From: Candidatus Eiseniibacteriota bacterium
GTDB lineage: Bacteria > Eisenbacteria > RBG-16-71-46
Length of the DNA: 64,000 nucleotides
Assembly (NCBI GenBank): GCA_963725865.1
Contig: CAVSAC010000010.1
Location: 288,001-352,000 of the forward strand
Reading direction: 5' to 3'
The notes beneath the pieces are model-generated. The model ran no database searches. It was given only the letters and a program-made list of their open reading frames with translations, and was not told where the DNA came from. Both the position numbers and the translations under genes were made by a program. Positions 42,161-53,304 of the stretch are shown here, piece by piece. Position 1 is the first letter of the stretch; every line of letters begins with the position of its first letter.

Positions 42161-42569
42161 CGGTGGGAGACGGAGGTTCGAGCGCGGTCGAGCGGTATGG
42201 AGGAGCGTGAGACCCGTCCTCACGAAGCGGGCCGGGAAGATTCGCTGGTTCCAGAGCGGCAAGCTGCTACGTTCTTCGAGCCGCCCGAGGCTTCCGCGGT
42301 GACAACCTCGCGCCGCTCGAAGAGGACCGGAGTCGGATCCGGCATCAGCGGTGTGCAGACGCATTCGCCCGGCCTCGTATTCGAAGGTGACTCGTCCCTT
42401 CGCCGCGGGCACGAAGGAACGGTCACGTCCAATCGGCTCGGGTCGGGGTGGCAGACCGCCGGGCGATCGAACCCCGCCGGCGCGCCCGACCCCCGCCGGC
42501 AGCACGCGCACGATGCGGACCGCGGAGCTTGCGTCAGACTTCGTGCGCAATCCGCGCAAGGAGGTACCG

Positions 42570-43313
42570 ATGAAAGCGCTGCTACTCGCAGGGGTATTCG
42601 CGTCTGGCCTCGTGGCCGCACTGGCCGGGGTCGCGCAGGCGGCCTCGATCGCCTACGATGGCATTCAGTACGTGCCGGGCGCGCTCAACGGAGACGGCCC
42701 GGTGTTTGGTTTTGCGGCGCCTTGGGCGGCGGATCCCGGCGTGGCCGTGGTGCCGGCAGGATTGGCAAGCGTGCTGGCTCTGCCTTCCGTGGGGGGCGCC
42801 GTCGCGGGAGACTTCAACTTCCAAGCCCCCTTGTTGAGCACCCTGGCCCCGCTGCCCGGCAAGGAGTTCTGGGCGTCGTTCCTGCTCTATCATTCAGGGC
42901 CGAACGACGAGACCTTCATGGGTTTGTCGCCGGCCGGAGCGCCGTTCGGAAGTCCGCCATCGGTAGGGTTCGGAGTCCGCTTGGGTCAATACGGGATCTT
43001 CGTCGGGGGAGCATTCACCCCTTCGCCGGTGCCGTTTACGCCCAACGGGTCGACGGATTTCCTGGTCACGCGGTTCACCGCCAGCGGCGCGACATGGGTC
43101 GTCCAGCTCTTCGTGAACAAGTCGTCGTTCCTGGTGCCTGATTTGGTCTTGAATGTGGCGCCGGTGACGTATGGAACGATGGTGAACCTGAATGAGACGC
43201 AATTCGGATCCGATGAGTTCCGCCTTGGCGACACGGCGGGCGACGTGGCCGCCGCCGGGGCCACGGCGACGCAGCGCAGCACGTGGGGCAGGCTGAAACA
43301 GCTGTACCGTTGA
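42570..43313 (+). CDS. Secreted protein with C-terminal TWGRLKQLYR motif
   Basis: AAGGAGG RBS, signal peptide MKALLLAGVFASGL, ends ATATQRSTWGRLKQLYR*. Confidence 0.85.
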   Translation: MKALLLAGVFASGLVAALAGVAQAASIAYDGIQYVPGALNGDGPVFGFAAPWAADPGVAVVPAGLASVLALPSVGGAVAGDFNFQAPLLSTLAPLPGKEFWASFLLYHSGPNDETFMGLSPAGAPFGSPPSVGFGVRLGQYGIFVGGAFTPSPVPFTPNGSTDFLVTRFTASGATWVVQLFVNKSSFLVPDLVLNVAPVTYGTMVNLNETQFGSDEFRLGDTAGDVAAAGATATQRSTWGRLKQLYR

Positions 43314-43332
43314 CATGGCGTGACCAGTTGCC

Positions 43333-43370
43333 CACCACGACCACTCCCGCTCGCGGGGGTGGTCGTGGTG
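43333..43370. terminator. Long hairpin after the TWG-motif gene
   Basis: CACCACGACCACTCCCGC-TC-GCGGGGGTGGTCGTGGTG near-perfect inverted repeat. Confidence 0.5.
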
Positions 43371-43454
43371 CCTGTTGGAGCGCCCCCCGCAATCCGTTCA
43401 TCCCCTGCACCCACGTCATCACCCGATTCGAATTCCCGATGGTTGGGGACGCCA
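43371..43454 (+). repeat. Class A att-like relic A7
   Basis: TTCGAATTCCCGATGGTTGGGGACGCCA; peptide VASPTIGNSNRVMTWVQGMNGLRGALQQA (stop lost). Confidence 0.9.
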
Positions 43455-43499
43455 CTCTCTCGCACGCTCGGAGGAGCGGTTCGAGGCAGATTCTCCAAC

Positions 43500-43610
43500 C
43501 TGAGGATGTTCACCATCGCCGATCGAGCGGGGCTCGTTCCCTCGCGACTGGCATTCCCGACGGTGAAGGTCCGGAGCACGCGGAAGTGCTTCTTCGAGGA
43601 GTCGGAGTTG
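43500..43610 (+). pseudogene. Short internal fragment of a tyrosine integrase
   Basis: LRMFTIADRAGLVPSRLAFPTVKVRSTRKCFFEESEL resembles the core-binding/catalytic junction (L.RMF.LA..AG...P..P.L...N.R.GFFE). Confidence 0.45.
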
Positions 43611-43687
43611 GCCAGCCCCTCGGGAGCCCCGAATGGGACGCAAAGCGCCCTCTCTACCATCAACGATCTGCTGTGGGACCACATCCC

Positions 43688-46156
43688 CTAGCGCGTGGCG
43701 CCTCCGCCCGCTGCGGCGGCCCGGTATCGGGCCGCCTTCGCCCGCTCGCCGCGGCTCTCGTAGAGGTCGGCCAGGTCGCGAGCCGCCCGAATGGTCTCAC
43801 TGTGTTTGGGGCCGACGGTCCGCAGCAGGCCCTGGTAGGCCCGCAGGAACGCCTGCTCGGCCTCGGCGTCCTCTCCCAGCGCCCGTAGGCACCACGCGTG
43901 GTGTAGCTCGAACTTGAAAGGTGAGGCGTTGGTGGCGGGGAAGACGGACGGCGAAACCCCCAGTAATTGCTCGAACACGATGTTCGCCTCTCGGGGCTTG
44001 TCCTGCTTGAGCAGGGCCAGTCCGAGGCCGTTCATGGATTCGAGCGTCAACGGGTGCTCTGGTCCGAGGACTCGCATCTTGGCGGCCAGCACGACGTGGT
44101 GCAGCGACTCTGCCTGCGCGCACTGGCCGCGACGGTAGAGCAGCATGGCGAGGTTGTGCTCGGTATTGAGCGTCTTCGGGTCATCAGGGCCCACAGCCTT
44201 GATCCGATTGGCGATGGTCTCGCGGTAGAGCTGCTCCGCCTGGTCGTACTCACCCATCGCCGCAAGATTGAAGGCCAGGTTGTTAGCGAGGGTGAAGACC
44301 GTCTCGTGCATGTCACCGTAGCGGGCGCGCGCCGCCTCCAGGGTCCGCCGTTCGAGCGCCACGCCTTCGGCCCGCTTGCCGGACCCGGTGAGGATCACGG
44401 CGAGGTTCGAGCTCGCTTCCAGTGTCCGGTCGTGGGCGGGGCCGAGATGCTGGATGGCCAGCTGCACGGTCTCGCGGCCGAGCTGTTCGCCGCGCTCGAG
44501 ATCGCCCATGTAGAAGTAGGATCCCACCAGATCGGTGGCGGTCTGGATGGTGGTCGAATCGGCGTCGCCCAACTCGCGCCGGCGAATCTGGAAGGCGCGC
44601 TCGAGCTGCCTGGTGGCGGGCTGGTACTGGCCGAGCGCCAAGTAGGTCTCGGCGATGGTGTGCAGGACCGCAGCCTCGGTGAGCGGCTCGTTCCCCAGGC
44701 TCGAATCGACCCTGGCCGATGCGCGATCGAGCACGTCGACCACCTTGACGTTGCGCCCTTCCTGCGACGGATCCGCCGAACCGAGCATGTCCTGCAGGAA
44801 GGTGGTCACTGCGGTCGCGCGGCTGGCCTCGCGCCGCGCCTGGTGCTCCGCCTTGGTGACGCGGACCAGGCTGAGGCTGGTCAGCACCGACGTGAAAAGC
44901 AGCGAGAGCACTGCGATGGCGAGCGCCGCCACGCCCGCCTTGTGCCGGCTGACGAACTTGCCGGCGGTGTAGGCGAAGCTCGGCGCGCGCGCCTGGACCG
45001 GCCGGTCGTCGAGGTAGCGCGTCACGTCGAGCGCCAGGGCGTGGGGCGTCTCGTAGCGCCGAGTGCGGTCCTTCTCCAGCGCCTTCATGGTGATCCAATC
45101 GAGATCGCCCTTCAGGTGCCGCTCCAGCACCGCCACCGGGATGCTCTGCATGACCGGGGTCGGCGTTGCGGAGCGGCTCAGCGTGCGGATGCGCGAACTC
45201 GGCCGGGGCGGCACGACTTCGCGCAGCACCCGCTGCATCTCGACGAGGCCCAGGCGACGCACCTCCTCCGGGCCGAATGGCTGCACGCCGACCAGCAGCT
45301 CGTAGAGCAGCACGCCAAGCGAGTACACGTCCGTCCGGGTGTCGACGTCGAGGGCGGTCATCTCGGCCTGCTCGGGGCTCATGTACTCCGGCGTGCCGAC
45401 GAGCTGGCCGAGCCCCGTCGCGAGCGTGACGTCGGTCAGCCGTTGCGAGGTCGCCTTGGCGACGCCGAAGTCGATGATCTTCGGCACCGGCGCGCCCGAC
45501 GCGACGCTGACCAGCACGTTCGACGGCTTGAGGTCGCGATGGATGATGCCCTTGTGGTGCGCGTGCTGGACGCCTTCGCACACCTGCATAAAGAGGCGCA
45601 GGCGCTCCTCGATGCCCAGTCGTTGTGTGTCGCAGTACCGGGTGATCGGGACGCCGGGGACGTGCTCCATCGCGAAGAATGGACGCCCATCCGGGACCAC
45701 GCCGGCATCGTAGACCGACGCGATGTTGGGATGGTTCATCATCGCGAGGGCCTGCCGCTCGGTGTCGAACCGCGCCAGCACCTCCTTGCTGTCCATGCCC
45801 CACTTGATGAGCTTGAGCGCGACCCTGCGGCGCACCGGCTTCTCCTGTTCGGCCTCGTAGACCACCCCCATCCCGCCTTCGCCGATGAGCCGCAGAACCC
45901 GGTAGGGGCCGATGTGATCCCCGCGCGCTGACGGCGGCAGGCCCACGTGCGCATCGAGCGTGACCGTGGGGGCCGCAGTGCTCGCGGCGTCGGGCGGGTG
46001 CGCGGCGCCCAGCGGCGCCAACCCGGCTTCGATCTCGGCGCGCAAGCCCGGGTCGAGGAAGCCGATCCCGTCGAGGAACGCCGGTCGCGCAGAGGGAGGG
46101 CACTCGCGCGCCGCATCCAGCAGCCGCTCGAGGAGCTGCTGTCGATCGGGTGTCAT
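43688..46156 (-). CDS. Hanks-type Ser/Thr protein kinase with TM helix and TPR repeats
   Basis: IGEGGMGVVY, VALK, HRDLKPSN, DFG, GTPEYMSPE; LGPEHPLTL-type TPR repeats. Confidence 0.93.
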   Translation of the reverse strand: MTPDRQQLLERLLDAARECPPSARPAFLDGIGFLDPGLRAEIEAGLAPLGAAHPPDAASTAAPTVTLDAHVGLPPSARGDHIGPYRVLRLIGEGGMGVVYEAEQEKPVRRRVALKLIKWGMDSKEVLARFDTERQALAMMNHPNIASVYDAGVVPDGRPFFAMEHVPGVPITRYCDTQRLGIEERLRLFMQVCEGVQHAHHKGIIHRDLKPSNVLVSVASGAPVPKIIDFGVAKATSQRLTDVTLATGLGQLVGTPEYMSPEQAEMTALDVDTRTDVYSLGVLLYELLVGVQPFGPEEVRRLGLVEMQRVLREVVPPRPSSRIRTLSRSATPTPVMQSIPVAVLERHLKGDLDWITMKALEKDRTRRYETPHALALDVTRYLDDRPVQARAPSFAYTAGKFVSRHKAGVAALAIAVLSLLFTSVLTSLSLVRVTKAEHQARREASRATAVTTFLQDMLGSADPSQEGRNVKVVDVLDRASARVDSSLGNEPLTEAAVLHTIAETYLALGQYQPATRQLERAFQIRRRELGDADSTTIQTATDLVGSYFYMGDLERGEQLGRETVQLAIQHLGPAHDRTLEASSNLAVILTGSGKRAEGVALERRTLEAARARYGDMHETVFTLANNLAFNLAAMGEYDQAEQLYRETIANRIKAVGPDDPKTLNTEHNLAMLLYRRGQCAQAESLHHVVLAAKMRVLGPEHPLTLESMNGLGLALLKQDKPREANIVFEQLLGVSPSVFPATNASPFKFELHHAWCLRALGEDAEAEQAFLRAYQGLLRTVGPKHSETIRAARDLADLYESRGERAKAARYRAAAAGGGATR

Positions 46157-46439
46157 CGCCACACTCGGGGGCGAGGGAACTTCGCTGGCGGTCCCTCCAC
46201 CCGGCCCGATTGCGGGGTAGAGGACCGCGCGGCCGGGTCGCGTCGACCAGGGCCGGGCAGCATCCGCAAGAGTCCGTTGTCAGGGAAGCTGCCGCTCGGA
46301 TTGGCAGCCGGGCGGTCAGGGATCCCGCCCGGGATGATACGTCGCCAGGGGACTGCTGTCCCGTGTTCTCGGCGAGGAGACGGCGGGGCAGGCGGTCGCG
46401 GCTGCCCGGCGCCGGTCCGCGGTCACCAGACTTGAGTGC

Positions 46440-46558
46440 TCAGAACGAGATGGCGCGCACGAAGCGGCAGGCATCGGAACCGACTGCTTGCCGGAGGTTC
46501 TCCATCTCCCGGAGCCACGCGACCAGCCGGTTCGAATCCGCGTCCGTTGGGGACGCCA
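46440..46558 (+). repeat. Class A att-like relic A8
   Basis: GGTTCGAATCCGCGTCCGTTGGGGACGCCA; peptide VASPTDADSNRLVAWLREMENLRQAVGSDA(CRFVRAISF*). Confidence 0.88.
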
Positions 46559-46601
46559 CTCGCACCCGCCGTCCGCACCTGTTGGGTACGACCCGCCGGC
46601 A

Positions 46602-46700
46602 TTATCGCAGCAAGATCCCCTGGGCGGTCACAGCACGGGCTGCCTGCTCCACTCGAATCCAGTAGGCGCCGGAGCAACTGGCCCGCGCGAATCCCACCGC
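46602..46700 (-). pseudogene. Degenerate CTD 3'-end remnant
   Basis: SGAYWIRVEQAARAVTAQGILLR* resembles the G.Y..RL...R....V.LR tails of other CTD proteins in this window. Confidence 0.5.
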
Positions 46701-46878
46701 CGGACACTCCAGGCCTCGAGCGATGCAGCTCGGCCACGCAGCGCACCGGCTTGCGCGCGCGTCGCAACGGCCGGAATCGCAGCGGCACCCCGCGAGCGAG
46801 ACGGCGACGTCCGGCAACTTGTGTCCGACGCCGATCTGGCCGATCCTTGCGCCGAGTCGGTCACGGAAGCTCCCACCG

Positions 46879-48126
46879 GTGGGGCCCAATCTGGAACGCA
46901 TCGCAGCAGTCGTGATCGGAGCCGGGCAGGCCGGCCTGTCGGCGAGCCATGAGTTGGCCGTGCGCGGCATCGAGCACGTCGTGCTCGAACGCGGCGCGCT
47001 CGGTGACACGTGGCGCACGCGGCGCTGGCGCTCGTTCCACCTCGTGAGTCCGAATTCGCTGAACCTGCTTCCGGGTTACGAGTACGACGGGCCCGAGCCG
47101 GACGCGTTCCTGGACACTCACGGCCTCCTCGCCTACCTCGAAGGCTACGCGGCCTCGTTCGCCGCGCCGGTCCGCAGCGAGTCACCCGTCCGCGAAGTGC
47201 GTCCGGCGGACGGCGGCGGCTTCCTCGTGCGCACGCCGCACTCCGAGCTCCATGCCAGCCACGTGATCGTGGCCACGGGCGCGTTCGGCCCGGCGCACAC
47301 GCCGGCGCTCGCCGCGAACCTGCCGGCATCGATCCCGTCGATTCACACCGACGACTACTGGGCCCCGGAGGATCTGCCACCCGGCGGCGTGCTGGTGGTC
47401 GGCTCGGGACAGTCGGGACTCCAGATCGCGTACGAGCTCGCGAACGCGGGGCGTGACGTCACGGTGGCGATCGGCAAGCACGGCTGGGTGCCGCGGCGCG
47501 TCTACGGTCGCGATCAGATGAGGTGGCGCTGGGACAATCGCGACTACCACGCGATCGTCGCCGATCCGGATCGACCCAAGGCCGACTACCCGTTCACGTT
47601 CCTCGCGCGCTGGGGCGTCAGCGACTTCAACGTGCGTACCGTGTGGCAGGCGGGCGCGCGGCTCGCCGGACACGTCGTCGGCGTAGACGGCATGCGCATC
47701 ATGTTTGCGCGCGATCTCGAAGCGCTGCTGCGGGCGGGCGACCACGAAGCGCGCACGTTCGTCGCGCGCATCCGCGACATCGCGCGCGCGCGCGGCGAGA
47801 ACGTGCCCGAGCCGGAGCTCGCGAGCCAGTGGCGCGACGGCGAGTTTCCGGAAGCACCCGACGGGCTCGATCTCGCGTCCGCGGGCATCCACACCGTGAT
47901 CTGGTCGACGGGCTACCGCCAGGACTTCTCGTGGATCCGCGTACCCGGCGCGCTCGCCGAGAACGGCGCGCCGTATCAGCGCCAAGGCGTGTCCCCGGTG
48001 CCCGGCATCTACTTCGTCGGATTGCACCGCATGTGGGAAGCCGGCAGCGGCACGCTGCTCGGCTGCGGCTGGGCGGCAACGAATGTCGCGGAGCACGTCG
48101 CCGCGCGCGTGCGCGCGAGCGGGTGA
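46879..48126 (+). CDS. Flavin-containing monooxygenase-like NAD(P)/FAD oxidoreductase; start uncertain
   Basis: VVIGAGQAGL, WRTRRWRSF, VIVATG, VLVVGSGQSGLQIA, VIWSTGY, GIYFVGL. Confidence 0.85.
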   Translation: MGPNLERIAAVVIGAGQAGLSASHELAVRGIEHVVLERGALGDTWRTRRWRSFHLVSPNSLNLLPGYEYDGPEPDAFLDTHGLLAYLEGYAASFAAPVRSESPVREVRPADGGGFLVRTPHSELHASHVIVATGAFGPAHTPALAANLPASIPSIHTDDYWAPEDLPPGGVLVVGSGQSGLQIAYELANAGRDVTVAIGKHGWVPRRVYGRDQMRWRWDNRDYHAIVADPDRPKADYPFTFLARWGVSDFNVRTVWQAGARLAGHVVGVDGMRIMFARDLEALLRAGDHEARTFVARIRDIARARGENVPEPELASQWRDGEFPEAPDGLDLASAGIHTVIWSTGYRQDFSWIRVPGALAENGAPYQRQGVSPVPGIYFVGLHRMWEAGSGTLLGCGWAATNVAEHVAARVRASG

Positions 48127-48164
48127 GTGTGGGCGAACCCGCGATCATCGCGCACCGATGGTGT

Positions 48165-48278
48165 CCGATAGTCCCGCAGGGGTGACAGATTTCGAATCCC
48201 GTTGGGGACGCCAATTCCCTCGCTGTATCGCAGGAAGTCGCGTGCTTCGGCGCACTTGGTTGTGCCCGAACTGAGCCG
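48165..48278 (+). repeat. Class B att site B3 (core 48191-48213)
   Basis: Exact TTCGAATCCCGTTGGGGACGCCA; upstream CGATAGTC..GCAGGG shared with B2; downstream arm-like TTGTGCCCGAACTGAGCCG. Confidence 0.85.
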
Positions 48279-48380
48279 CGCCCCATCCTCTCAAAGGATC
48301 GAGCCTCCGAGAATTCCGGCGCGCTTCACGAAGGGGCGGAGTCAGTTGAGAACGGCGATTGCGTCCGCCGACCCGCCCGG

Positions 48381-48409
48381 TTGACGCGAACGGCCCGCGC
48401 CCATACACT
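48381..48409 (+). promoter_or_regulatory. Putative sigma70 promoter of the ars operon
   Basis: TTGACG-N17-TACACT upstream of the arsR RBS (GGAGG). Confidence 0.6.
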
Positions 48410-48445
48410 TCGCCATGTGACGACATGACCAACGGAGGACCGTCC

Positions 48446-48869
48446 ATGCGCGACTTCGAACTGGCCATGAAGGCGATCGGTGACCCGACCCGAACCCGCA
48501 TCCTCAAGCTGCTCGAGCGCGGCGGGCTGTGCGTCTGTCAGGTGCAGGCCGTGCTCGGCCTCGCCCCTTCGACGGTGTCGAAGCACCTGACCGTCCTCGA
48601 GGTGGCTGGGCTGGTCGAGGACCGCCGCGACGGCAAGTGGATCGAGTACGCGCTGATCGACGAGGCGCGGAATCCGCACGCGAAGCCGGTCCTCGACTGC
48701 TGCGCGGACGCTCGACCGCGACCCGGCGTGCTCGCGGACCGCAGGCGGCTGCGCGAGATTCAGGGCGATCCCGTTGGTCGAGCTCTGCGCGCTGCCCGCG
48801 GCGAGGGTGTCGATGCCGGCGCGGCCGGCCCGCCGCCGCCGGTCGCGAAAGGACCGCGCCCATGCCTGA
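48446..48869 (+). CDS. arsR: ArsR/SmtB repressor; C-terminus disturbed by frameshifts, end approximate
   Basis: KAIGDPTRTRIL...LCVCQV...STVSKHL...GLVEDRRDGKWIEY. Confidence 0.85.
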
Positions 48870-49286
48870 GACGCGATCCGCACCTGCTGTTCGTCTGCAT
48901 CGAGAACTCGAACCGCTCCCAGATGGCCGAGGGCTTCGCGCGCGCGTCGGGGCGGGCCGCGTGGACGGCCTACAGCGCCGGCTCGCGACCCTCGGGCCAG
49001 GTCAACCCGCGCGCGATCCAGTTCATGAAGGAGAAGGGAATCGACCTGGCCGCGCAGCTCTCCAAGGGCCTCGACGAACTGCCGCAGGTGAACTGGGACT
49101 ACATCGTGACGATGGGCTGCGGCGACGCCTGCCCTTCGCTGCCCGCCGATCACCGCGTCGACTGGGATCTGCCGGATCCGAAGCACCTCGACGACGACGG
49201 CTTCCGCGCGGTGCGCGACCGCATCGAGGCGCTGGTGCGCGACCTGATCGCCGAGGCGACGGGCGCGGACGCGCGCGAGGGCACGG

Positions 49287-49290
<4 letters not shown>
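48862..49290 (+). CDS. arsC: LMW-PTP-type arsenate reductase; frameshifts near both ends
   Basis: LLFVCIENSNRSQMAEG, SAGSRP, TMGCGDACP, WDLPDP. Confidence 0.85.
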
Positions 49291-50389
<1,099 letters not shown>

Positions 50390-50393
<4 letters not shown>

Positions 50394-51451
50394 GCGAGCT
50401 CGGTTCCACCGCACCCGCCGCGGCGCCGCGGCCCTGGGTGCCCTTGTCGCTCGTCGTCGCGATCGCCCTGGTGGCCTGGGTGGTGGCGTACGGGCTCATC
50501 GAGAGGTGCGCGTCCTGGCTCGTGCACGATGTGCTGAGGCTCCCGGCGGCCACGCACTTCGGCAGCGCGGTGGCGTTCTTCCTCTACGAGGTGCCCAAGG
50601 TCCTCCTGCTGCTGACGCTCGTCGTCTTCGGCGTCGGCGTCGTCCGATCGTTCTTCACGCCCGGAGCGCACGCGCGCGATGCTCGCGGGCAAGACGGAGT
50701 CGGTCGGCAACGTGCTGGCGGCGGTGCTCGGCATCGTGACGCCTTTCTGCTCGTGCTCGGCGGTGCCGCTGTTCATCGGCTTCGTGACCGCGGGCGTCCC
50801 GCTCGGCGTGACGTTCTCGTTCCTGATCTCGGCGCCGATGGTGAACGAGGTGGCGCTGGTGCTGCTGTTCGGCCTGTTCGGCTGGAAGGTGGCGGCGCTC
50901 TACCTGGGCACGGGCCTGCTGATCGCGATCGTCGCGGGCTGGGTCATCGGCCGGCTGAAGCTGGAGCGGCACGTCGAGCCCTGGGTCTACGCGATGAAGG
51001 CGGGCCGAACGGCGGCGGCCGAGGACCGGCTCGACTGGGAGGACCGGCTCGGTCACGGGGCTCGAGGCGGTGCGGGACATCGTCGGCAAGGTCTGGCCCT
51101 ACGTGCTGATCGGCATCGCCGTGGGCGCGGGCATCCACGGCTACGTGCCCGAGAACTTCATGGCCTCGATCATGGGCAAGGGCGCCTGGTGGTCGGTGCC
51201 GCTGGCGGTGCTGATCGGCGTGCCGATGTACTCGAACGCGGCCGGGATCATCCCGGTCGTGCAGGCGCTGCTCGAGAAGGGCGCGGCGCTCGGCACGGTG
51301 CTGGCGTTCATGATGGCGGTGATCGCGCTGTCGCTGCCCGAGACGATCATCCTGCGCAAGGTGCTCAAGCCGCGTCCTGATCGCGATCTTCCTCGGCGTC
51401 GTCACCGTCGGGATCGTGATCGTCGGCTACCTGTTCAACTGGCTCATCTGA
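50390..51451 (+). CDS. arsP: ArsP/DUF318-type permease, frameshifted
   Basis: [40 protein letters not shown]. Confidence 0.8.
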
Positions 51452-51505
51452 GAGGCCGTCGCATGGCCCCGCTTTGTGAAATGTATCCGCGAAGGAGATC
51501 CGCTC

Positions 51506-51740
51506 ATGACCCACATCGAAGTCCTCGGCCCCGGCTGCAGCAAGTGCAAGGTGCTCTACGAGCATGCCGAGCAGGCCGCCGAGGAACTCGGCCTCGAGTA
51601 CGAGATCGAGAAGGTGACCGACATCAGGCGCCATCTGGGCTACGGCGTCATGGCCACCCCGGCGCTGATCGTCGACGGCGAGGTCGAAGGTCGCGGGGCG
51701 CGTGCCGTCGGCCGAGCAGCTGAAGGCGGTGCTGTCATGA
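51506..51740 (+). CDS. MTH895/ArsE-like small thioredoxin, frameshifted near the end
   Basis: AAGGAG RBS; IEVLGPGCSKC...YGVMATPALIVDGEV. Confidence 0.8.
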
Positions 51741-52234
51741 GGGCCGCACGATGTCGCTCGTTCGAGCGCTCGTCGCATCGGCGGCGGCGGCTCGCTGTCG
51801 GTGTGTACTGGTCGCGCTTCCGCGGGCGCCCGCCGGGAGCGACTCGATGCGTGCAGGCGCCCGACCGTGGTGACGCCGGAGCGTGCCGCCCCCATCGAGT
51901 GATCGCCTACTACTTCCACACCACTTACCGCTGCGCCTCGTGCCGCGCCATCGAGGCCTACTCGCGAGAGGCCATCGAGAGCGCGTTCGCCGCGCCAGCT
52001 CAAGGACGGGCGGCTGGTCTGGAGGACGGTCAACGTCGAGGTGAAGGGCAACGAGCACTTCGTCGAGGACTACGGTCTCTACACCAAGTCGCTGGTGCTC
52101 GTGAACGAGGTCCGCGGCAAGCCCACGCAGTGGAAGAACCTCGAGAAGGTGTGGCAGCTCCTGCGGGACAAGGACGAAGTTCCTGCGCTACGTCCAGGAC
52201 GAGACCCGGATCTACGTCGCGGAAGGCTCGATGA
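51737..52234 (+). CDS. ArsF-like CxxC protein, frameshifted
   Basis: YYFHTTYRCASCRAIE...NEHFVEDYGLYTKSLVL...WKNLEKVW. Confidence 0.7.
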   Translation: MRAARCRSFERSSHRRRRLAVGVYWSRFRGRPPGATRCVQAPDRGDAGACRPHRVIAYYFHTTYRCASCRAIEAYSREAIESAFAAPAQGRAAGLEDGQRRGEGQRALRRGLRSLHQVAGARERGPRQAHAVEEPREGVAAPAGQGRSSCATSRTRPGSTSRKAR

Positions 52235-52924
52235 CCGAGCTTCTTGCTGCAGGCTCGGCCGGCGTTCTGGCTGGGGATCCTCACGTCGATCAGCCCCTGC
52301 CCACTGGCGTCGAATATCGCGGCGGTCTCGTACGTGGGACGTCGCGTCGGCGCGCCCCATCGCGTGCTCCTCGCGGGCCTGGCGTACTCGCTGGGCCGGG
52401 CGGTGACCTACGTGGGGATCGCCATGATCGTGGTGACCAGCTTGCTGTCGGTGCCGAGCGTCTCGTTCTTCCTACAGCAGCGCATGAACCAGGTGCTGGG
52501 GCCCGTGCTGATCGCAGTGGGCCTGTTGATGCTCGGCTGGCTTCGACTGCCCTGGTTCAATGGCCACAGTGTCGGAGCGTTCGAGCAGCGACTGGCTGCA
52601 GCCGGCATCCCGGGGGCCGCCGGGCTCGGCGTGATCTTCGCCTTGTCGTTCTGCCCGGTATCAGCGGGCCTGTTCTTCGGCGGGCTCCTGCCGTTGGCCA
52701 CCGGGAGCGGATCCCGGCTCCTGCTACCCGCGATCTACGGCGTGGGCACCGGCCTGCCTGTCGTTGTGGTGGCGGCGCTGCTCGCACTCGGCGCTGGCGG
52801 GATTGGCCGCGCGTTCGAGGCGTTGACCCGCTTCGAGCGCGTCGCCACGCGGCTCACCGGTGGCGTGTTCGTACTGGCGGGGATCTACCTGGTCCTCACC
52901 CACATCGTCGGCCTCTCGATCTGA
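52231..52924 (+). CDS. ArsG-like / DsbD_2 membrane protein
   Basis: WLGILTSISPCPLASNIAAVSY, GVIFALSFCPVSAGLFFG. Confidence 0.8.
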
Positions 52925-52997
52925 ACCCGGAAGGATGGCATTGGGTAGAGCCCAACTGATCTCGAGCTGACGAAGCCAGTGAAGGAGGTAGCACCCG

Positions 52998-53299
52998 ATG
53001 ACCACTGTTGAAGTGTTCGATCCACCCATGTGCTGCAGCACCGGCGTCTGCGGGTCAAGCAGATCCTGGATGCCCTGGGTGTCGAGGGTCTACCCGTCGT
53101 TCTCGTCGATGGCCACCCGGTCAGACAGGGCGAATATCCCTCCCGCGAGCAGTTCCGCCCGCTCGCCCGGCTTGGCGGGCCAATCGCAGCGGAAAGCCGA
53201 CCGGCACCCGTGGCCGGACAGCCACCGATCTTCGATGAGCCGATCGCCGAGCTCGTGGACCACGGTGGGTCGATTGTCGTTCCAAAGCGACAGGTGTGA
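52998..53299 (+). pseudogene. arsD: ArsD arsenite metallochaperone with internal deletion/frameshift
   Basis: MTTVEVFDPPMCCSTGVCG jumps to VKQILDALGVEGLPVVLVDG...GEYPSREQ in another frame; the middle segment is absent. Confidence 0.8.
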
Positions 53300-53304
53300 T
53301 CGTC

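Noticed and set aside
46648..46672. TCGAATCCAGTAGGCGCC as another tRNA relic
   Set aside because: Weak match, explained as the coding sequence (GAYWIRV) of the CTD remnant.
28871..48213. Recurring GGTTCGAA...GGGGACGCCA motif read as a CRISPR array or integron attC sites
   Set aside because: Spacing is 0.5-3 kb with whole genes between copies; no cas genes; no RYYYAAC...GTTRRRY palindromic structure; the motif matches the tRNA 3' end.
33640..48213. Additional tRNA genes at B1, B2 and B3
   Set aside because: Only the last ~19-23 nt match; no D arm, anticodon arm or 5' acceptor strand.
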